Assembly: GCA_041660165.1 (NCBI GenBank)
Contig: JBAZWW010000004.1
Location: 14,839 to 78,838, forward strand
Direction: 5' to 3'
DNA length: 64,000 nt
Source of the DNA: Patescibacteria group bacterium
GTDB taxonomy: Bacteria; Patescibacteriota; Patescibacteriia; UBA9934
The number at the start of each line of letters is the position of its first letter. The first letter of the stretch is position 1. Position numbers and translations under genes: made by a program. The notes below the pieces were generated by a model. The model did not search any database, was not told where the DNA came from, and was given only the letters and a program-made list of their open reading frames with translations. This document shows, one piece after another, positions 1-10,199 of this stretch.

Positions 1-1842
1 TGGCGTAACCACCTCGACCTTCATAATTGGCTCGAGCAAAACAGGTTTCGCTTTAGCGATAGCTGCCTGGAAAGCCATGGAGCCAGCCATCTTAAAGGCC
101 GCTTCATTAGAGTCAACGTCATGGTATGAACCATCGTACACCGTAGCTTTGATGTTAATAAGCCTGAAGCCGGCCAGCACACCGCGATCACAAGCTTCAC
201 GAGCACCCTTGCCGATTGGCGTGATGAACTCGCGCGGAATGGCTCCGCCCTTTACTTCATCAACGAAGACAAAGTTCTCGCCTTCAGGATCCACGAATGG
301 TTCTACGCGCAACCAGGCATGGCCGTACTGTCCGCGTCCACCGGATTGCTTCACGTACTTGCCCTCGCCCTCAGCAGATGTACGGATAGTCTCGCGATAC
401 GCTACCTGCGGTTTACCTACTGTTACTTCAACGTTATATTCCCGCTTCATGCGGTCAACCATGATTTCCAAATGCAACTCGCCCATACCGGCAATGATCG
501 TCTGGTTTGAATCAACGTCCGTATGCACATGAAACGTAGGATCCTCTTCCATGAGTTTGCCGAGGGCCATACCCATACGCTCCTGGTCACCCTTGGTCTT
601 TGGCTCAACAGCTTGGGAGATAACCGGATCCGCAAAGGTGATGGATTCGAGAACAATCGGATGATCCGGGTCACAAAGTGTTTGGCCAGTAGCCGTACCC
701 TTCAAACCAACAGCGGCGGCAATCTCACCGGCATACACCTGATCAACTTCTTCGCGCGAGTTCGCGTGCATACGCACGATACGCGAGAGGCGTTCCTTCT
801 CACCCGTGGACGAGTTCAAAATATACGTGCCCGCCTTCACGGTTCCGGAGTACACGCGGAAGAAGGCTAGCTTGCCCACGAATGGATCAGCAGCGATCTT
901 AAAGGCGAGGGCGGCGAATGGCGCGTCATCTTTGGCAGGACACTCGATAAGCTCTTCTGGATTATCAGGATTGAAACCAGAGATGGCCGGGCGATCAAGC
1001 GGAGACGGCAGAAACTCGACTACAGCATCAAGCATCTGCTGAACACCCTTATTCTTGAGCGAGGATCCGCAAATAACCGGAAACACCTTCATGGCAATAA
1101 CACCCTTGCGCAGTGCCGCTTTCAGTTCTGGCACGGAAATTTCTTCGCCGGCAAAAAATCGCTCCATGAGCGTTTCATCATGCTCAACGCAGGCCTCAAC
1201 CAGCTTTGTACGATATTCTTCTACCTTTGTTTTATACTCATCAGGAACATCAATCTCCTCAATCTCTTTGCCAAGATCATCCTTGTACACGTACGCCTTA
1301 CGCGTGAACAAATCAATCAAACCCACAAAATTTGCCTCCGTACCGATTGGCAACTGAATAGGATGCGCGTTCGGAGACAAGCGCGCGTGGATGCTCGCCA
1401 AATCCTTATAAAAGTCTGCACCTGTTCTATCGAGCTTGTTGATATAGCACACGCGCGGTACACCATACTTGTCAGCCTGGTGCCAGACGGTTTCTGATTG
1501 CGGTTCAACGCCAGCTACGCCGTCAAAAACGGTTACTCCGCCATCAAGCACGCGCAAAGAACGCTCAACTTCAACCGTGAAGTCTACGTGTCCTGGGGTA
1601 TCAATAATGTTGATGCGGTGATCTTTCCAGAAACAGGTGGTGGCAGCGGCTGTGATGGTGATCCCGCGCTCCTGTTCCTGTTCCATCCAGTCCATGGTGG
1701 CCTCTCCCTCATGCACTTCACCGATCTTGTGCTTCTTTCCGGTGTAGAAAAGCACGCGCTCCGTGGTGGTGGTCTTACCCGCGTCAATGTGGGCGATAAT
1801 ACCGATATTCCGAACTCGCTCTAAGGGATAATCGCGGTTCAT
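1..1842 (-). CDS. fusA: Elongation factor G (3' end runs off window)
   Basis: Read manually from ATG at 1842: [35 protein letters not shown], with DTPGHVDF; follows rpsL-rpsG. Missing from the ORF track because it has no stop in the window. Confidence 0.97.
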   Translation of the reverse strand, partial: MNRDYPLERVRNIGIIAHIDAGKTTTTERVLFYTGKKHKIGEVHEGEATMDWMEQEQERGITITAAATTCFWKDHRINIIDTPGHVDFTVEVERSLRVLDGGVTVFDGVAGVEPQSETVWHQADKYGVPRVCYINKLDRTGADFYKDLASIHARLSPNAHPIQLPIGTEANFVGLIDLFTRKAYVYKDDLGKEIEEIDVPDEYKTKVEEYRTKLVEACVEHDETLMERFFAGEEISVPELKAALRKGVIAMKVFPVICGSSLKNKGVQQMLDAVVEFLPSPLDRPAISGFNPDNPEELIECPAKDDAPFAALAFKIAADPFVGKLAFFRVYSGTVKAGTYILNSSTGEKERLSRIVRMHANSREEVDQVYAGEIAAAVGLKGTATGQTLCDPDHPIVLESITFADPVISQAVEPKTKGDQERMGMALGKLMEEDPTFHVHTDVDSNQTIIAGMGELHLEIMVDRMKREYNVEVTVGKPQVAYRETIRTSAEGEGKYVKQSGGRGQYGHAWLRVEPFVDPEGENFVFVDEVKGGAIPREFITPIGKGAREACDRGVLAGFRLINIKATVYDGSYHDVDSNEAAFKMAGSMAFQAAIAKAKPVLLEPIMKVEVVTP

Positions 1843-1870
1843 AAATAGCTTTGGTAATTGACCGTTAGTA

Positions 1871-2338
1871 CTATCTCGCCAAGTGAGCAAACGCGCGGTT
1901 GGCGTCTGCCATGCGCTGAACGTCTGCGCGCTTCTTCACGGCTTCACCTTCATTCTTGGCGGCGAGCATGATTTCTTCAGCTAACTTTTCAGCCATCGGC
2001 TTGCCTTTCTTTCCGCGGGCAGCGATCAAAATCCAGCGATAGGCCAAAGCGAAGCGACGATCACCACGCACCGGCATAGGCACCTGGTAGTTAGCACCGC
2101 CAACACGCTTGCTTTTCACCTCAACAGTTGGGGTGATGTTTTTGAGCGCGTTATCAAACACGACCATGGGGTCTTCCTTTGTCTCAGCAGCAACAATATC
2201 AAAACAATCATACACGACCCGTTCTGCCGTAGACTTCTTTCCATCCTTCATGACGTAATTGACGAGCTTCGTAACCAAAACATTCCCGTACTTAAAGTCG
2301 GGAATGAGTTCGCGTTTAACGGCGCTTTTACCACGCAT
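1871..2338 (-). CDS. rpsG: 30S ribosomal protein S7
   Basis: [34 protein letters not shown]. Confidence 0.98.
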   Translation of the reverse strand: MRGKSAVKRELIPDFKYGNVLVTKLVNYVMKDGKKSTAERVVYDCFDIVAAETKEDPMVVFDNALKNITPTVEVKSKRVGGANYQVPMPVRGDRRFALAYRWILIAARGKKGKPMAEKLAEEIMLAAKNEGEAVKKRADVQRMADANRAFAHLAR

Positions 2339-2411
2339 ATTATATTAGTGTTTTGGATTTCCGTTGTTCTTCCCGCGTGGGAGCGGTACTCGGAAACGTG
2401 AGTTATGTATA

Positions 2412-2436
2412 GGCGGGTCTTAGACCCGCCACCTAC
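2412..2436 (-). repeat. GTAG-type REP-like palindrome downstream of rpsL
   Basis: Minus strand GTAGGTGGCGGGTCTAAGACCCGCC. Confidence 0.55.
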
Positions 2437-2438
2437 TG

Positions 2439-2873
2439 TTATTTCTTTGCTTTGGCTGCCTTTGGTTTCTTTGTGCCGTAAATGGAACGGCTGCGGTTTC
2501 GGCCTTCAACGCCGGTGGCGTCATAACGTCCGCGGACAATGTGATAGCGAACACCTGGCAAGTCCTTCACGCGTCCGCCGCGGATCATGACAATGGAGTG
2601 TTCCTGAAGGTTATGTCCTTCGCCCGGAATATAAGCGGTAACTTCTGTCCCGTTTGAAAGACGGACGCGGGCAATCTTACGGAGAGCCGAGTTCGGTTTC
2701 TTTGGCGTCATGGTGGTGACCTTGACGCACACGCCGCGCTTGAAAGGCGCTCCCTTAGGGAGAACCGTGCGCTTGCGGTGCAGGGAGTCGAGCGTGTATT
2801 GCATAGCCGGAGACTTGCTCTTCGACTTGTTGCTCTTTCTACCCTTGCGGATAAGCTGGTTAATGGTTGGCAT
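2439..2873 (-). CDS. rpsL: 30S ribosomal protein S12
   Basis: [36 protein letters not shown]. Confidence 0.98.
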   Translation of the reverse strand: MPTINQLIRKGRKSNKSKSKSPAMQYTLDSLHRKRTVLPKGAPFKRGVCVKVTTMTPKKPNSALRKIARVRLSNGTEVTAYIPGEGHNLQEHSIVMIRGGRVKDLPGVRYHIVRGRYDATGVEGRNRSRSIYGTKKPKAAKAKK

Positions 2874-2942
2874 AAAAGTGGCGGAAGGTTAACACGGGGC
2901 GAAAATTAGGTCAAATAGCTTACGAATGGCTTAATCGCCTTT

Positions 2943-3623
2943 TTATAGGCCAATATACGTTCCGAGTAATCCCAAGCAGGAGACTCCCGATAATTGATCA
3001 CAAGCAAAAGTAGCTGGCGCTTGGACAACAACGAACACATTGAGCGGACTTACGAGCGACAGCACAACCAGAACCAAGAGGATACGAGGGCCGTATTGTT
3101 CGAGTAATACGCGCGCCTTGTATGCACCTGCCTGTTCAAGCCCCGCATCAAGCACTTTTGATCCGTCGAGCGGAGGCACAGGGATAAGATTAAAGAAAAG
3201 AAGCAACATGTTCACGAGGACAACGAAGATAAGAAATGCCGGCAAAGCAGACGTGGTGGCGAGCATGCCTGCCTTGCCAAGCTCGCGGAAGGCCACGCCA
3301 GCCAAGACCGCCATCACCATATTTGCAAACGGTCCGGCCATGGCGATCACCGCTCCGTCAAATAACGGATTGGCCAAACGGCGCGGATCAAAGGGCACGG
3401 GCTTGGCCCAGCCAAAACCCACCACGAGCAACATGAGCGTGCCAAAAATATCCAAATGGGCAAGCGGGTTCAAGGTCAGCCGTCCCATGTCTTCCGCGGT
3501 GGTATCCCCGCGCCACTTCCCTACAAGCGCGTGCGAGAACTCGTGGACGGTCAGCGAGACAATCAACGCCACAGCCCAAGCGAGTGCGATGATGGGAGAG
3601 GCAGAGAGGAGTGTAAGAAACAT
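2943..3623 (-). CDS. Site-2 protease (peptidase M50)
   Basis: HEFSH zinc motif, NLIPVPPLDG motif, several TM segments. Confidence 0.92.
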   Translation of the reverse strand: MFLTLLSASPIIALAWAVALIVSLTVHEFSHALVGKWRGDTTAEDMGRLTLNPLAHLDIFGTLMLLVVGFGWAKPVPFDPRRLANPLFDGAVIAMAGPFANMVMAVLAGVAFRELGKAGMLATTSALPAFLIFVVLVNMLLLFFNLIPVPPLDGSKVLDAGLEQAGAYKARVLLEQYGPRILLVLVVLSLVSPLNVFVVVQAPATFACDQLSGVSCLGLLGTYIGL

Positions 3624-3720
3624 AAAGGAAGCGTGTTGGGGCCGAGAATGTCCTTGTCAAAATTGTGGTCGGGTTACCTCCCAACAATTTTTCCAAAAAC
3701 ATTCTCGGCCCTTTAAAAAA

Positions 3721-5019
3721 TCATTCGATGGAAATGTCAGCACCAACGGAACGAAGCTTGCCGAACAGATCTTCATAACCACGCTCAAGATGATCAATGC
3801 CGGTAAGCGTAGACTCGCCCTGTGCAACAAGGGCGGCGATGACGTACGCCAGCCCCGCTCTGATGTCCGGCACCTTGAGTTCTTTTGCCGGCTGTAATGA
3901 GGCAGGACCTTTGATCACCGCGGAATGCTTATAATTCTGATCCTTAAATCTGCACGCTACCTCGCCGAGACAATTATCAAAGAGCGTAATGTCCGCCCCC
4001 ATCTTCACAAGTTCCTCCGTGTACCCAAACCGTTCCTGATAGACCGTCTCATGGATCACGCTCGTCCCCTCAGCCTGCGTCAGGGCAACTACGAACGGCT
4101 GTTGCCAATCCGTCATGAAGCCCGGATGCGTGTCAGTCTCAATCTGCAAACCTTTGTACTTTTTACCGCCGATGAAGCGGATGCCTCCGTCCTCGACAAT
4201 ATATTGCCCGCCCATTCTGCGCACGGCGTTCAGGAATGTGATCATGTCTCGGTGTTCAGCCCCCTCGCAGAAAATCTCGCCTCTCGTAGCCAGCGCCATT
4301 GAGGCATAACTCGCCGCCTCCATGCGGTCCGGAAGGATGCGATGAGTACAGCCATGAAGCTTCTCGACGCCCGTAATCTCAATATGTCTCCCCGCTCCCA
4401 TTTCAATAATCGCTCCCATCTTCTGGAGCATCATAATGAGATCGACAATCTCTGGTTCGATCGCGGCATTCTTGATAACGGTTCTGCCCTTCGCAAGTAC
4501 GCCGGCAAGAATGGCCGTCTCAGTCGCTCCGACTGATGGATACGGAAGATCAATCAACGTCCCCTTCAATCCATCTTTCGCCGTTGCCCGGTATCCTTCC
4601 TTGTCAGCTTCAATAACAGCTCCCATCTTCTCAAGCGCATCAATGTGGAAGTTCACTGGACGAGGACCGATCTTGTCTCCGCCAAGCATTGGCACGTAGC
4701 CCTCCCCCGCCCGGTGAAGCAACGGAGCGAGCGCCAAAATCGCTAACCGATTTTTCCTAGATAATTGCATCGCTGAAGTACTCGCAATCTCCTTCACCCG
4801 GATCTTCAAAGTATGATCGATGAGTTCGGTCTTGGCGCCAAGCATGGTAATAAGCTCGCGCGCAATTTCGCTCTCTTGTTGTAGTGGAACATTTTCCAAA
4901 ATGACCTCATCCGCCGTCAGCAAACAGGCGATCATCATTTTTGAGGCTGCATTTTTTGCTCCGGCAATTCTGACGGAACCTTTGAGCGGTTTACCGCCGG
5001 TCACTTTCAATGTGTTCAT
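3721..5019 (-). CDS. murA: UDP-N-acetylglucosamine 1-carboxyvinyltransferase
   Basis: GAKNAA, GGDKIGPRPVNFH, PSVGATET, DIRAG, HLERGYE; start moved to MNTLKV. Confidence 0.96.
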   Translation of the reverse strand: MNTLKVTGGKPLKGSVRIAGAKNAASKMMIACLLTADEVILENVPLQQESEIARELITMLGAKTELIDHTLKIRVKEIASTSAMQLSRKNRLAILALAPLLHRAGEGYVPMLGGDKIGPRPVNFHIDALEKMGAVIEADKEGYRATAKDGLKGTLIDLPYPSVGATETAILAGVLAKGRTVIKNAAIEPEIVDLIMMLQKMGAIIEMGAGRHIEITGVEKLHGCTHRILPDRMEAASYASMALATRGEIFCEGAEHRDMITFLNAVRRMGGQYIVEDGGIRFIGGKKYKGLQIETDTHPGFMTDWQQPFVVALTQAEGTSVIHETVYQERFGYTEELVKMGADITLFDNCLGEVACRFKDQNYKHSAVIKGPASLQPAKELKVPDIRAGLAYVIAALVAQGESTLTGIDHLERGYEDLFGKLRSVGADISIE

Positions 5020-5030
5020 AATCGAGGGGG

Positions 5031-5054
5031 GGGCGAGGCAAGCCTCGCCCATAC
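5031..5054 (-). repeat. REP-like palindrome upstream of murA
   Basis: Minus strand GTATGGGCGAGGCTTGCCTCGCCC. Confidence 0.5.
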
Positions 5055-5191
5055 GGCGGGTTCAAAAGAGAACAACGATGTTCATAGTAGTGAAAGGATA
5101 CAGAGGAAGCCCAAAAAGGGAAAGTTTTAAAACACAACGGCCGAGCTCTGCATGCGTGCAAAGCTCGGCCCGTGGTCACTGGAAACGTTGT

Positions 5192-6499
5192 CTACCGCTT
5201 CGGGAGCACGAGGCCCGCGGCCGACATGCGATCACCGAACCAGTCTTTGAGCACGCCGCTGGCCACGTTCCGCTGGCGGTACGCGGCATGGGACATGCCA
5301 TTCCGTCCGTACTTGGTCCGCAAGTGGAGATCCAAGTTGTGGGAAATGTGCTCCACCGTAGGGGCTACCCACCGCTTCCGATCTTGGTATTCCCGATCGC
5401 GATAATCGGGCCTGACGTAGCGCCCCAGGATCTTCAACACCTCCTTCGCATAGCCGGAATTTGAGTCTGCGTTCTCCGCAGTGGGGTCAGGAATCTCAAC
5501 CAGGTCGCCGGTCCAAAAGCGGGCCCGGAGAATCTCCTGGTAGGCCCGCAGATCAGCAGGCGTGGGGGCGCGCACGTGGATGCCGTCGTTCGAAACGCCC
5601 ACGAGAATATGCCTGCTCCCGCGCCGATCAAGAACGGCACGTCCCCGCCCCGCCTTGATGATCAAGGACTTCTTTGGCTTGGGACGAAGCGTGGAAGAAA
5701 TGAAGTACGTTACCCCACCGTCCACCACCACGTGGCAGTCATAGAGCTCAGTCACGATAGATGAACCCTTCGGGGGCTGACCGATGAAACGCTCGCCGAT
5801 GAAAATGGGGTAATCCGGATGAAGGACATCCCCAGTCTTCTCGTCTGGTTCCCCAGTGTGGACAAAGCTTCCCCTCAGGGTGACGGTATCCCCCGAAAAG
5901 TGGCGCTCGTCAAGACGGTCAGCCAACGCCGCCACATCCCATTCCACGTACTGTTGCGGATCGACCGCGTGGAAGCTGAGATACTGATTGCCAACAGCCA
6001 ATCGGCGAAGCGCCTCCTTGCGCTCCACAACAGGACGCCCGGCCCAGCTTTCCGCAAACGGATAGAAGGTCCGAACATCACTCTCCTCACGCGCAATGCG
6101 CACCGAGCGATCACGCCCCGCGTACCGGACAAGACTGAGCGGGTCACTCCTGGCCGCCACGCCGTCCACGGGCTCCGCACACATCTGGAGTTCGGGGATG
6201 TGAACCGCCACCACGTCTTCAATTACCTCTTCCGCGTCACGGAGCGAGGTGCGGTAATCACGGACGAACTGGCGCGCGCCGAGCGCGTGGATGCGTGAAC
6301 CAGTAATTCCCGAATGAAGTTCGCACCAGGCGAGGTGAAGAGCGTCAAGACCGTGAAGGTCCGCAACCCGCTCATGATGAAGCGCGCTTGATTCGAGCTT
6401 CTTCGAAATCTCATACTCAGTAGCATACGGACGGAAGAAATCCGTCAGATCTGGCTTATACGCCTCTTCCACGAGCTCCGCATAATTCGGCTCGATCAT
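5192..6499 (-). CDS. Hypothetical protein with possible divergent RelA/SpoT-like nucleotidyltransferase C-terminal half
   Basis: Long GC-rich ORF with GGAGG before MIEPNY; RPKPKKSLIIK...DRRGSRHI, SGY, H..YR resemble the synthetase motif order. Confidence 0.6.
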   Translation of the reverse strand: MIEPNYAELVEEAYKPDLTDFFRPYATEYEISKKLESSALHHERVADLHGLDALHLAWCELHSGITGSRIHALGARQFVRDYRTSLRDAEEVIEDVVAVHIPELQMCAEPVDGVAARSDPLSLVRYAGRDRSVRIAREESDVRTFYPFAESWAGRPVVERKEALRRLAVGNQYLSFHAVDPQQYVEWDVAALADRLDERHFSGDTVTLRGSFVHTGEPDEKTGDVLHPDYPIFIGERFIGQPPKGSSIVTELYDCHVVVDGGVTYFISSTLRPKPKKSLIIKAGRGRAVLDRRGSRHILVGVSNDGIHVRAPTPADLRAYQEILRARFWTGDLVEIPDPTAENADSNSGYAKEVLKILGRYVRPDYRDREYQDRKRWVAPTVEHISHNLDLHLRTKYGRNGMSHAAYRQRNVASGVLKDWFGDRMSAAGLVLPKR

Positions 6500-6587
6500 G
6501 TGAGAAACCTCCATCGAAAATTGGTTGCCCGCGAAACGGGCAACACCGCAACGTAGCAAATACTCGTCCATTGTGCAAATACAACAA

Positions 6588-6619
6588 TAGGGGTCGAGAC
6601 ATGGCTCGACCCCTACGGC
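6588..6619. repeat. GTAG-family palindrome (family A), intergenic copy
   Basis: TAGGGGTCGAG-ACATGG-CTCGACCCCTACGGC; related copies at 10664, 12074 and 46681. Confidence 0.8.
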
Positions 6620-6631
6620 GCTCGCGTGCCA

Positions 6632-7099
6632 TTAAATACCCTCGCCGAAATGGAACTTGTCGGTTAACTTTTCGTATGCAAAAATCTCATCATCCTTAAA
6701 GAACCGCTTGATTTCAACTTTAGCGGAGTCTACGGAATCAGATGCGTGGACCATGTTTGAGGGGACGTTCATGGACAGATCTGCGCGGATGGTGCCGGCG
6801 TCAGCCACGCGGGGGTTTGTAGAGCCAACAATAATGCGCACTGTTTCAATGGCATCCAGTCCTTCAAGCACCATGGCGATTATCGGCGTCTGCATCATGA
6901 AGCCAAGCAGGGACGAAAAAAACGACTTGTCCTTCAAATGACCGTAATGCTCAGTCAGCGTGGCTTCATCAAGGTGCGCCATTTTTATGGCCACGATCTT
7001 CAAGCCCTTGCGCTCAAATCTGCCGATCACCTCTCCTGCAAGCTCGCGCTGTAAAGCATCTGGCTTCACGAGCACGAGTGTCTTTTGAATTTCTGCCAT
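6632..7099 (-). CDS. ndk: Nucleoside diphosphate kinase
   Basis: TLVLVKPDA, GTIRAD, NMVHASDS with catalytic His. Confidence 0.96.
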   Translation of the reverse strand: MAEIQKTLVLVKPDALQRELAGEVIGRFERKGLKIVAIKMAHLDEATLTEHYGHLKDKSFFSSLLGFMMQTPIIAMVLEGLDAIETVRIIVGSTNPRVADAGTIRADLSMNVPSNMVHASDSVDSAKVEIKRFFKDDEIFAYEKLTDKFHFGEGI

Positions 7100-7182
7100 A
7101 AAATATTGGTTAATTGGCCTAAAAGATACGGGAGGTAGGAGTGTTTGTCAAACAAATATGAAACGGCTAAGGTGTCCGCGCA

Positions 7183-8037
7183 TTGATGGGAGCAGTCATG
7201 ACCCAGATTCTTTCTTGGAATCAAATTCAAACCGGAGCCATTCCGAACAGGGACAGGTTTGCGGAGGCGCAGGCCTTCCTCCGCGAAAGGCTGGTGCTCT
7301 GCCCGCACTTCTACGGAGCGATCATGTGCGGTTCCGTCATCATGGGATCTGCCGAACCGTGGAGCGACTTTGACGTCCTCCTAATGCTCGACATTGACAA
7401 TATCCACAAGCGAAACGACGCCCACCACTTCGTGAAGTCGCTCGTCAAAATCACGGTACGCAGGACGCACATCCCGCTGTCCGTCATCCTAGAGGAGCTG
7501 AAGGTGGCCAAGCGCGGGCGCCACAGTATCACGATCGGCTTCCGCGACCACCTGTCCTGGGCGCGAGAGAACGGCGGATTAGTAGGCAAGGATCCGCTCG
7601 AGTACATTCGCGTCACCCGGCCGAAGAGAAAACTCAGAAAGGAAGCGTGCACGTACATCATCTACTCCATTCAGCGCCTGACCGCGGGCCGAGTAGAATA
7701 CGACAGCCTGTCAGAGGAAGGCCGGAACAGGGTTCTTGGCAAGGCGTTTGACCTGCCGTTCCACGCTACCAGGCGGTACTTGGAACTGCATGGCCGAGAC
7801 TGCTCCCATATGGGGCGCCAAGAAGTGCTGGAGACTGCCCAATCCGCAGGCCTGCCGAAAGACATGCTGGAGTCGCTTCAGCACATCAAAGCACGCCACA
7901 ACGACTACGGTAATCAGGTTCAGGCCAGACTCATGGATCCGAATCGCAAAGAATACGAGCGGTTCATCGAGTCGCTCCAAGAAGTGATGGAGGTGGCCAT
8001 CCACTTTCTCTACGAGCTGGGCGGAATCATCAACTAG
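7183..8037 (+). CDS. Pol-beta-type nucleotidyltransferase domain protein
   Basis: CGSVIMGSAEPWSDFDVLL (GS..DxD motif) plus helical C-terminal part. Confidence 0.7.
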   Translation: MMGAVMTQILSWNQIQTGAIPNRDRFAEAQAFLRERLVLCPHFYGAIMCGSVIMGSAEPWSDFDVLLMLDIDNIHKRNDAHHFVKSLVKITVRRTHIPLSVILEELKVAKRGRHSITIGFRDHLSWARENGGLVGKDPLEYIRVTRPKRKLRKEACTYIIYSIQRLTAGRVEYDSLSEEGRNRVLGKAFDLPFHATRRYLELHGRDCSHMGRQEVLETAQSAGLPKDMLESLQHIKARHNDYGNQVQARLMDPNRKEYERFIESLQEVMEVAIHFLYELGGIIN

Positions 8038-8100
8038 TGCCCCGCTTCTCTCGCGTCCGTCCCCCTGGGGCGGACGCGTTGTCGTTTCAGTGGCCTCCCC

Positions 8101-8949
8101 CTAGAGACCATCGACCGTTGGCTCTCCGCCACTACTCGTTACTCGGACATCTCCATTCGTGTCCGTTCGATAAGTTGTTACGCCAAATTTTGTTAGGCGG
8201 GCAAGAACATCTTCATCCGGCAGTCCGTAGGAATTTCCGACGCCGACAGAAATGATGGCCGTATTCGGCGAGATCATTTTTAATAACTGTTCACTCGATG
8301 AGGTTCGGCTCCCATGATGTCCAACTTTCAAGACATCAACATGCGGAAGAACCCAATCAGCTTCTTGGGCAATGCCGGCATCGCCCGTCAAAAGTATTGT
8401 CGTCTCTCCATATGTCAATAAAACCGCCACTGATCCATCATTCGGGTCATCAAGCTCGGCCTTCTCATACGGCATACTCGGCCAAATAATGTCGAGTCTA
8501 GCGCCATTCCCAAGATCATAGGTATCGCCATCTTTGAAATGAAGGGACTCCGGCGCCAGCTTTTCATACTCGTGAAACTCCGGCGTGGTGTAGCCCTGCC
8601 CGCTATCCGCCGCTTGAGCGACGTGATAATTTTCGAGCACAGGAACGAGTCCCATCAAATGATCGGCATGCGGATGCGTGTTGATAACAAGATCAATTGA
8701 TCTATCCCACGGCAACATCACGCTTTGCAATTTTTGGAGAACCGCCGAGTCCGGCCCGCCATCAATCAATACTTGTTTTTCTGGCCCGTCGATAAATATC
8801 GCATCGCCCTGTCCGATATCAAAAATAAATACCGAAAGCGATTTTGGCTGAAATAGTTTACCTCGAATAATCTCGATTCTCGCTAAAAATAATCCGCAGA
8901 CAAGAACGGGAATCGCGACAAGCAAAGCTGTTCGGCGAGAAATGATCAT
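8101..8949 (-). CDS. ComEC/Rec2-type metallo-beta-lactamase domain protein
   Basis: DIGQGDAI, THPHADH, LTGDA, KVGHHGS. Confidence 0.93.
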   Translation of the reverse strand: MIISRRTALLVAIPVLVCGLFLARIEIIRGKLFQPKSLSVFIFDIGQGDAIFIDGPEKQVLIDGGPDSAVLQKLQSVMLPWDRSIDLVINTHPHADHLMGLVPVLENYHVAQAADSGQGYTTPEFHEYEKLAPESLHFKDGDTYDLGNGARLDIIWPSMPYEKAELDDPNDGSVAVLLTYGETTILLTGDAGIAQEADWVLPHVDVLKVGHHGSRTSSSEQLLKMISPNTAIISVGVGNSYGLPDEDVLARLTKFGVTTYRTDTNGDVRVTSSGGEPTVDGL

Positions 8950-10199
8950 AGGTTGAGAACAGCGAACGGCAAGCTAGCCATGGCGTCGATCACTCGGAGA
9001 ATACATTCGAGGAAGAACCAGCCAGGGAGAGACAGGAGGCCCCCTCCTACTCCCCCATAAATGGGGGAGAGTACGTGGGTGATCACTCCCGTAGTGCCGG
9101 CGGACATGGCGTAAGGGAGAAAAGGTAGGACGAGCAAGTTCGTAAAAGGCCCGATGATCGATAGCCGATGAAAGCCAAAAATAATTACTGGCAAGGTGGC
9201 GAGGGTGGCCGCCAGCGTACACGAAAATGATTCGCGCAAGCCAAATGTTTCGGGTATCCATTTAAGTCTCTCGGCGAGAGGTTTGGCGAATGCCATGAGG
9301 CCCGCCGTGGACAACACCGAAAGTTGGAACCCCGCATCATCCCGTAGAATCCTTGGCGAGAAAAAGAGCATGATAGCAACCGTCAGCAACAGCGCATTCC
9401 AACCCGAACTTTTTCGTCCAAGCTGAGACGCGGTGATGGCGATGGCGCCCATGATGCCCGCGCGCATAACCGCCCCTTCCCCGCCAGCAAGAATGACAAA
9501 TCCGGCAATGGCGCAAAGCACAAAAGGAAACGCATACTGCCGTTTCAAACCCGCATAAATGAGAAATGCCAGCGCAAGCGAGGACACCAGCGCCACGTTA
9601 TACCCGCTCGCCGCCACCACGTGCGAGGTGCCCGTTCGCACAAAGCGCTGTTTCCAATTATCAGGAAACGCGTTGTCGCCGATGAGCAAACCGGCCAACA
9701 ATTGCGCATGCGGTTCGCCATACGTTTTTCTGATCTCGGTTACAACACGCTCGTGAATCTTGCCGAGTACTATCCTTGGTCCCATCTTCACGCCTCGCGC
9801 CAACACAAACGGCTCGCTTCGGGAATAGCACTGCGCAAAAATACCTTTAGCTGCCAGAAATCTGTCATATCGAAAACCATCAAACGGTTCAGGAGACTCT
9901 AGATCGCAATGCACGCCGATCTTATCGCCCAGCTCGCCATGAGAATAGAGTGGAACGAATGCTAACACCTTATCGGCAACCGGCGCGCCATCCACTATCA
10001 GATGTTCAAGGGTCAACTGCTCGCCCTTCTCACCCACTGCCCGTTTCATGATGATGCCCGTGACGCTAGCGTTTTTGCTGAGGTGAAAAGCAACAGAATC
10101 TGGCCGAGGCTGAAACCCCGGATAAAACGAATAGACCGCCACGCCGAAAATAAAAACGACGAGCAAGGCTCTTAAGGCTTTGCTCGGCGTCATCTTCAT
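8946..10199 (-). CDS. comEC: ComEC competence (DNA uptake) membrane protein
   Basis: GTSHVVAASGYNV, RAGIM, GFQLS; ATG overlaps the leuS TGA. Confidence 0.92.
   Translation of the reverse strand: MKMTPSKALRALLVVFIFGVAVYSFYPGFQPRPDSVAFHLSKNASVTGIIMKRAVGEKGEQLTLEHLIVDGAPVADKVLAFVPLYSHGELGDKIGVHCDLESPEPFDGFRYDRFLAAKGIFAQCYSRSEPFVLARGVKMGPRIVLGKIHERVVTEIRKTYGEPHAQLLAGLLIGDNAFPDNWKQRFVRTGTSHVVAASGYNVALVSSLALAFLIYAGLKRQYAFPFVLCAIAGFVILAGGEGAVMRAGIMGAIAITASQLGRKSSGWNALLLTVAIMLFFSPRILRDDAGFQLSVLSTAGLMAFAKPLAERLKWIPETFGLRESFSCTLAATLATLPVIIFGFHRLSIIGPFTNLLVLPFLPYAMSAGTTGVITHVLSPIYGGVGGGLLSLPGWFFLECILRVIDAMASLPFAVLNL

Noticed and set aside
77-1824. Several plus-strand ORFs over fusA (likewise over infB, gyrA, leuS and rny)
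   Set aside because: Antisense shadows of conserved genes.
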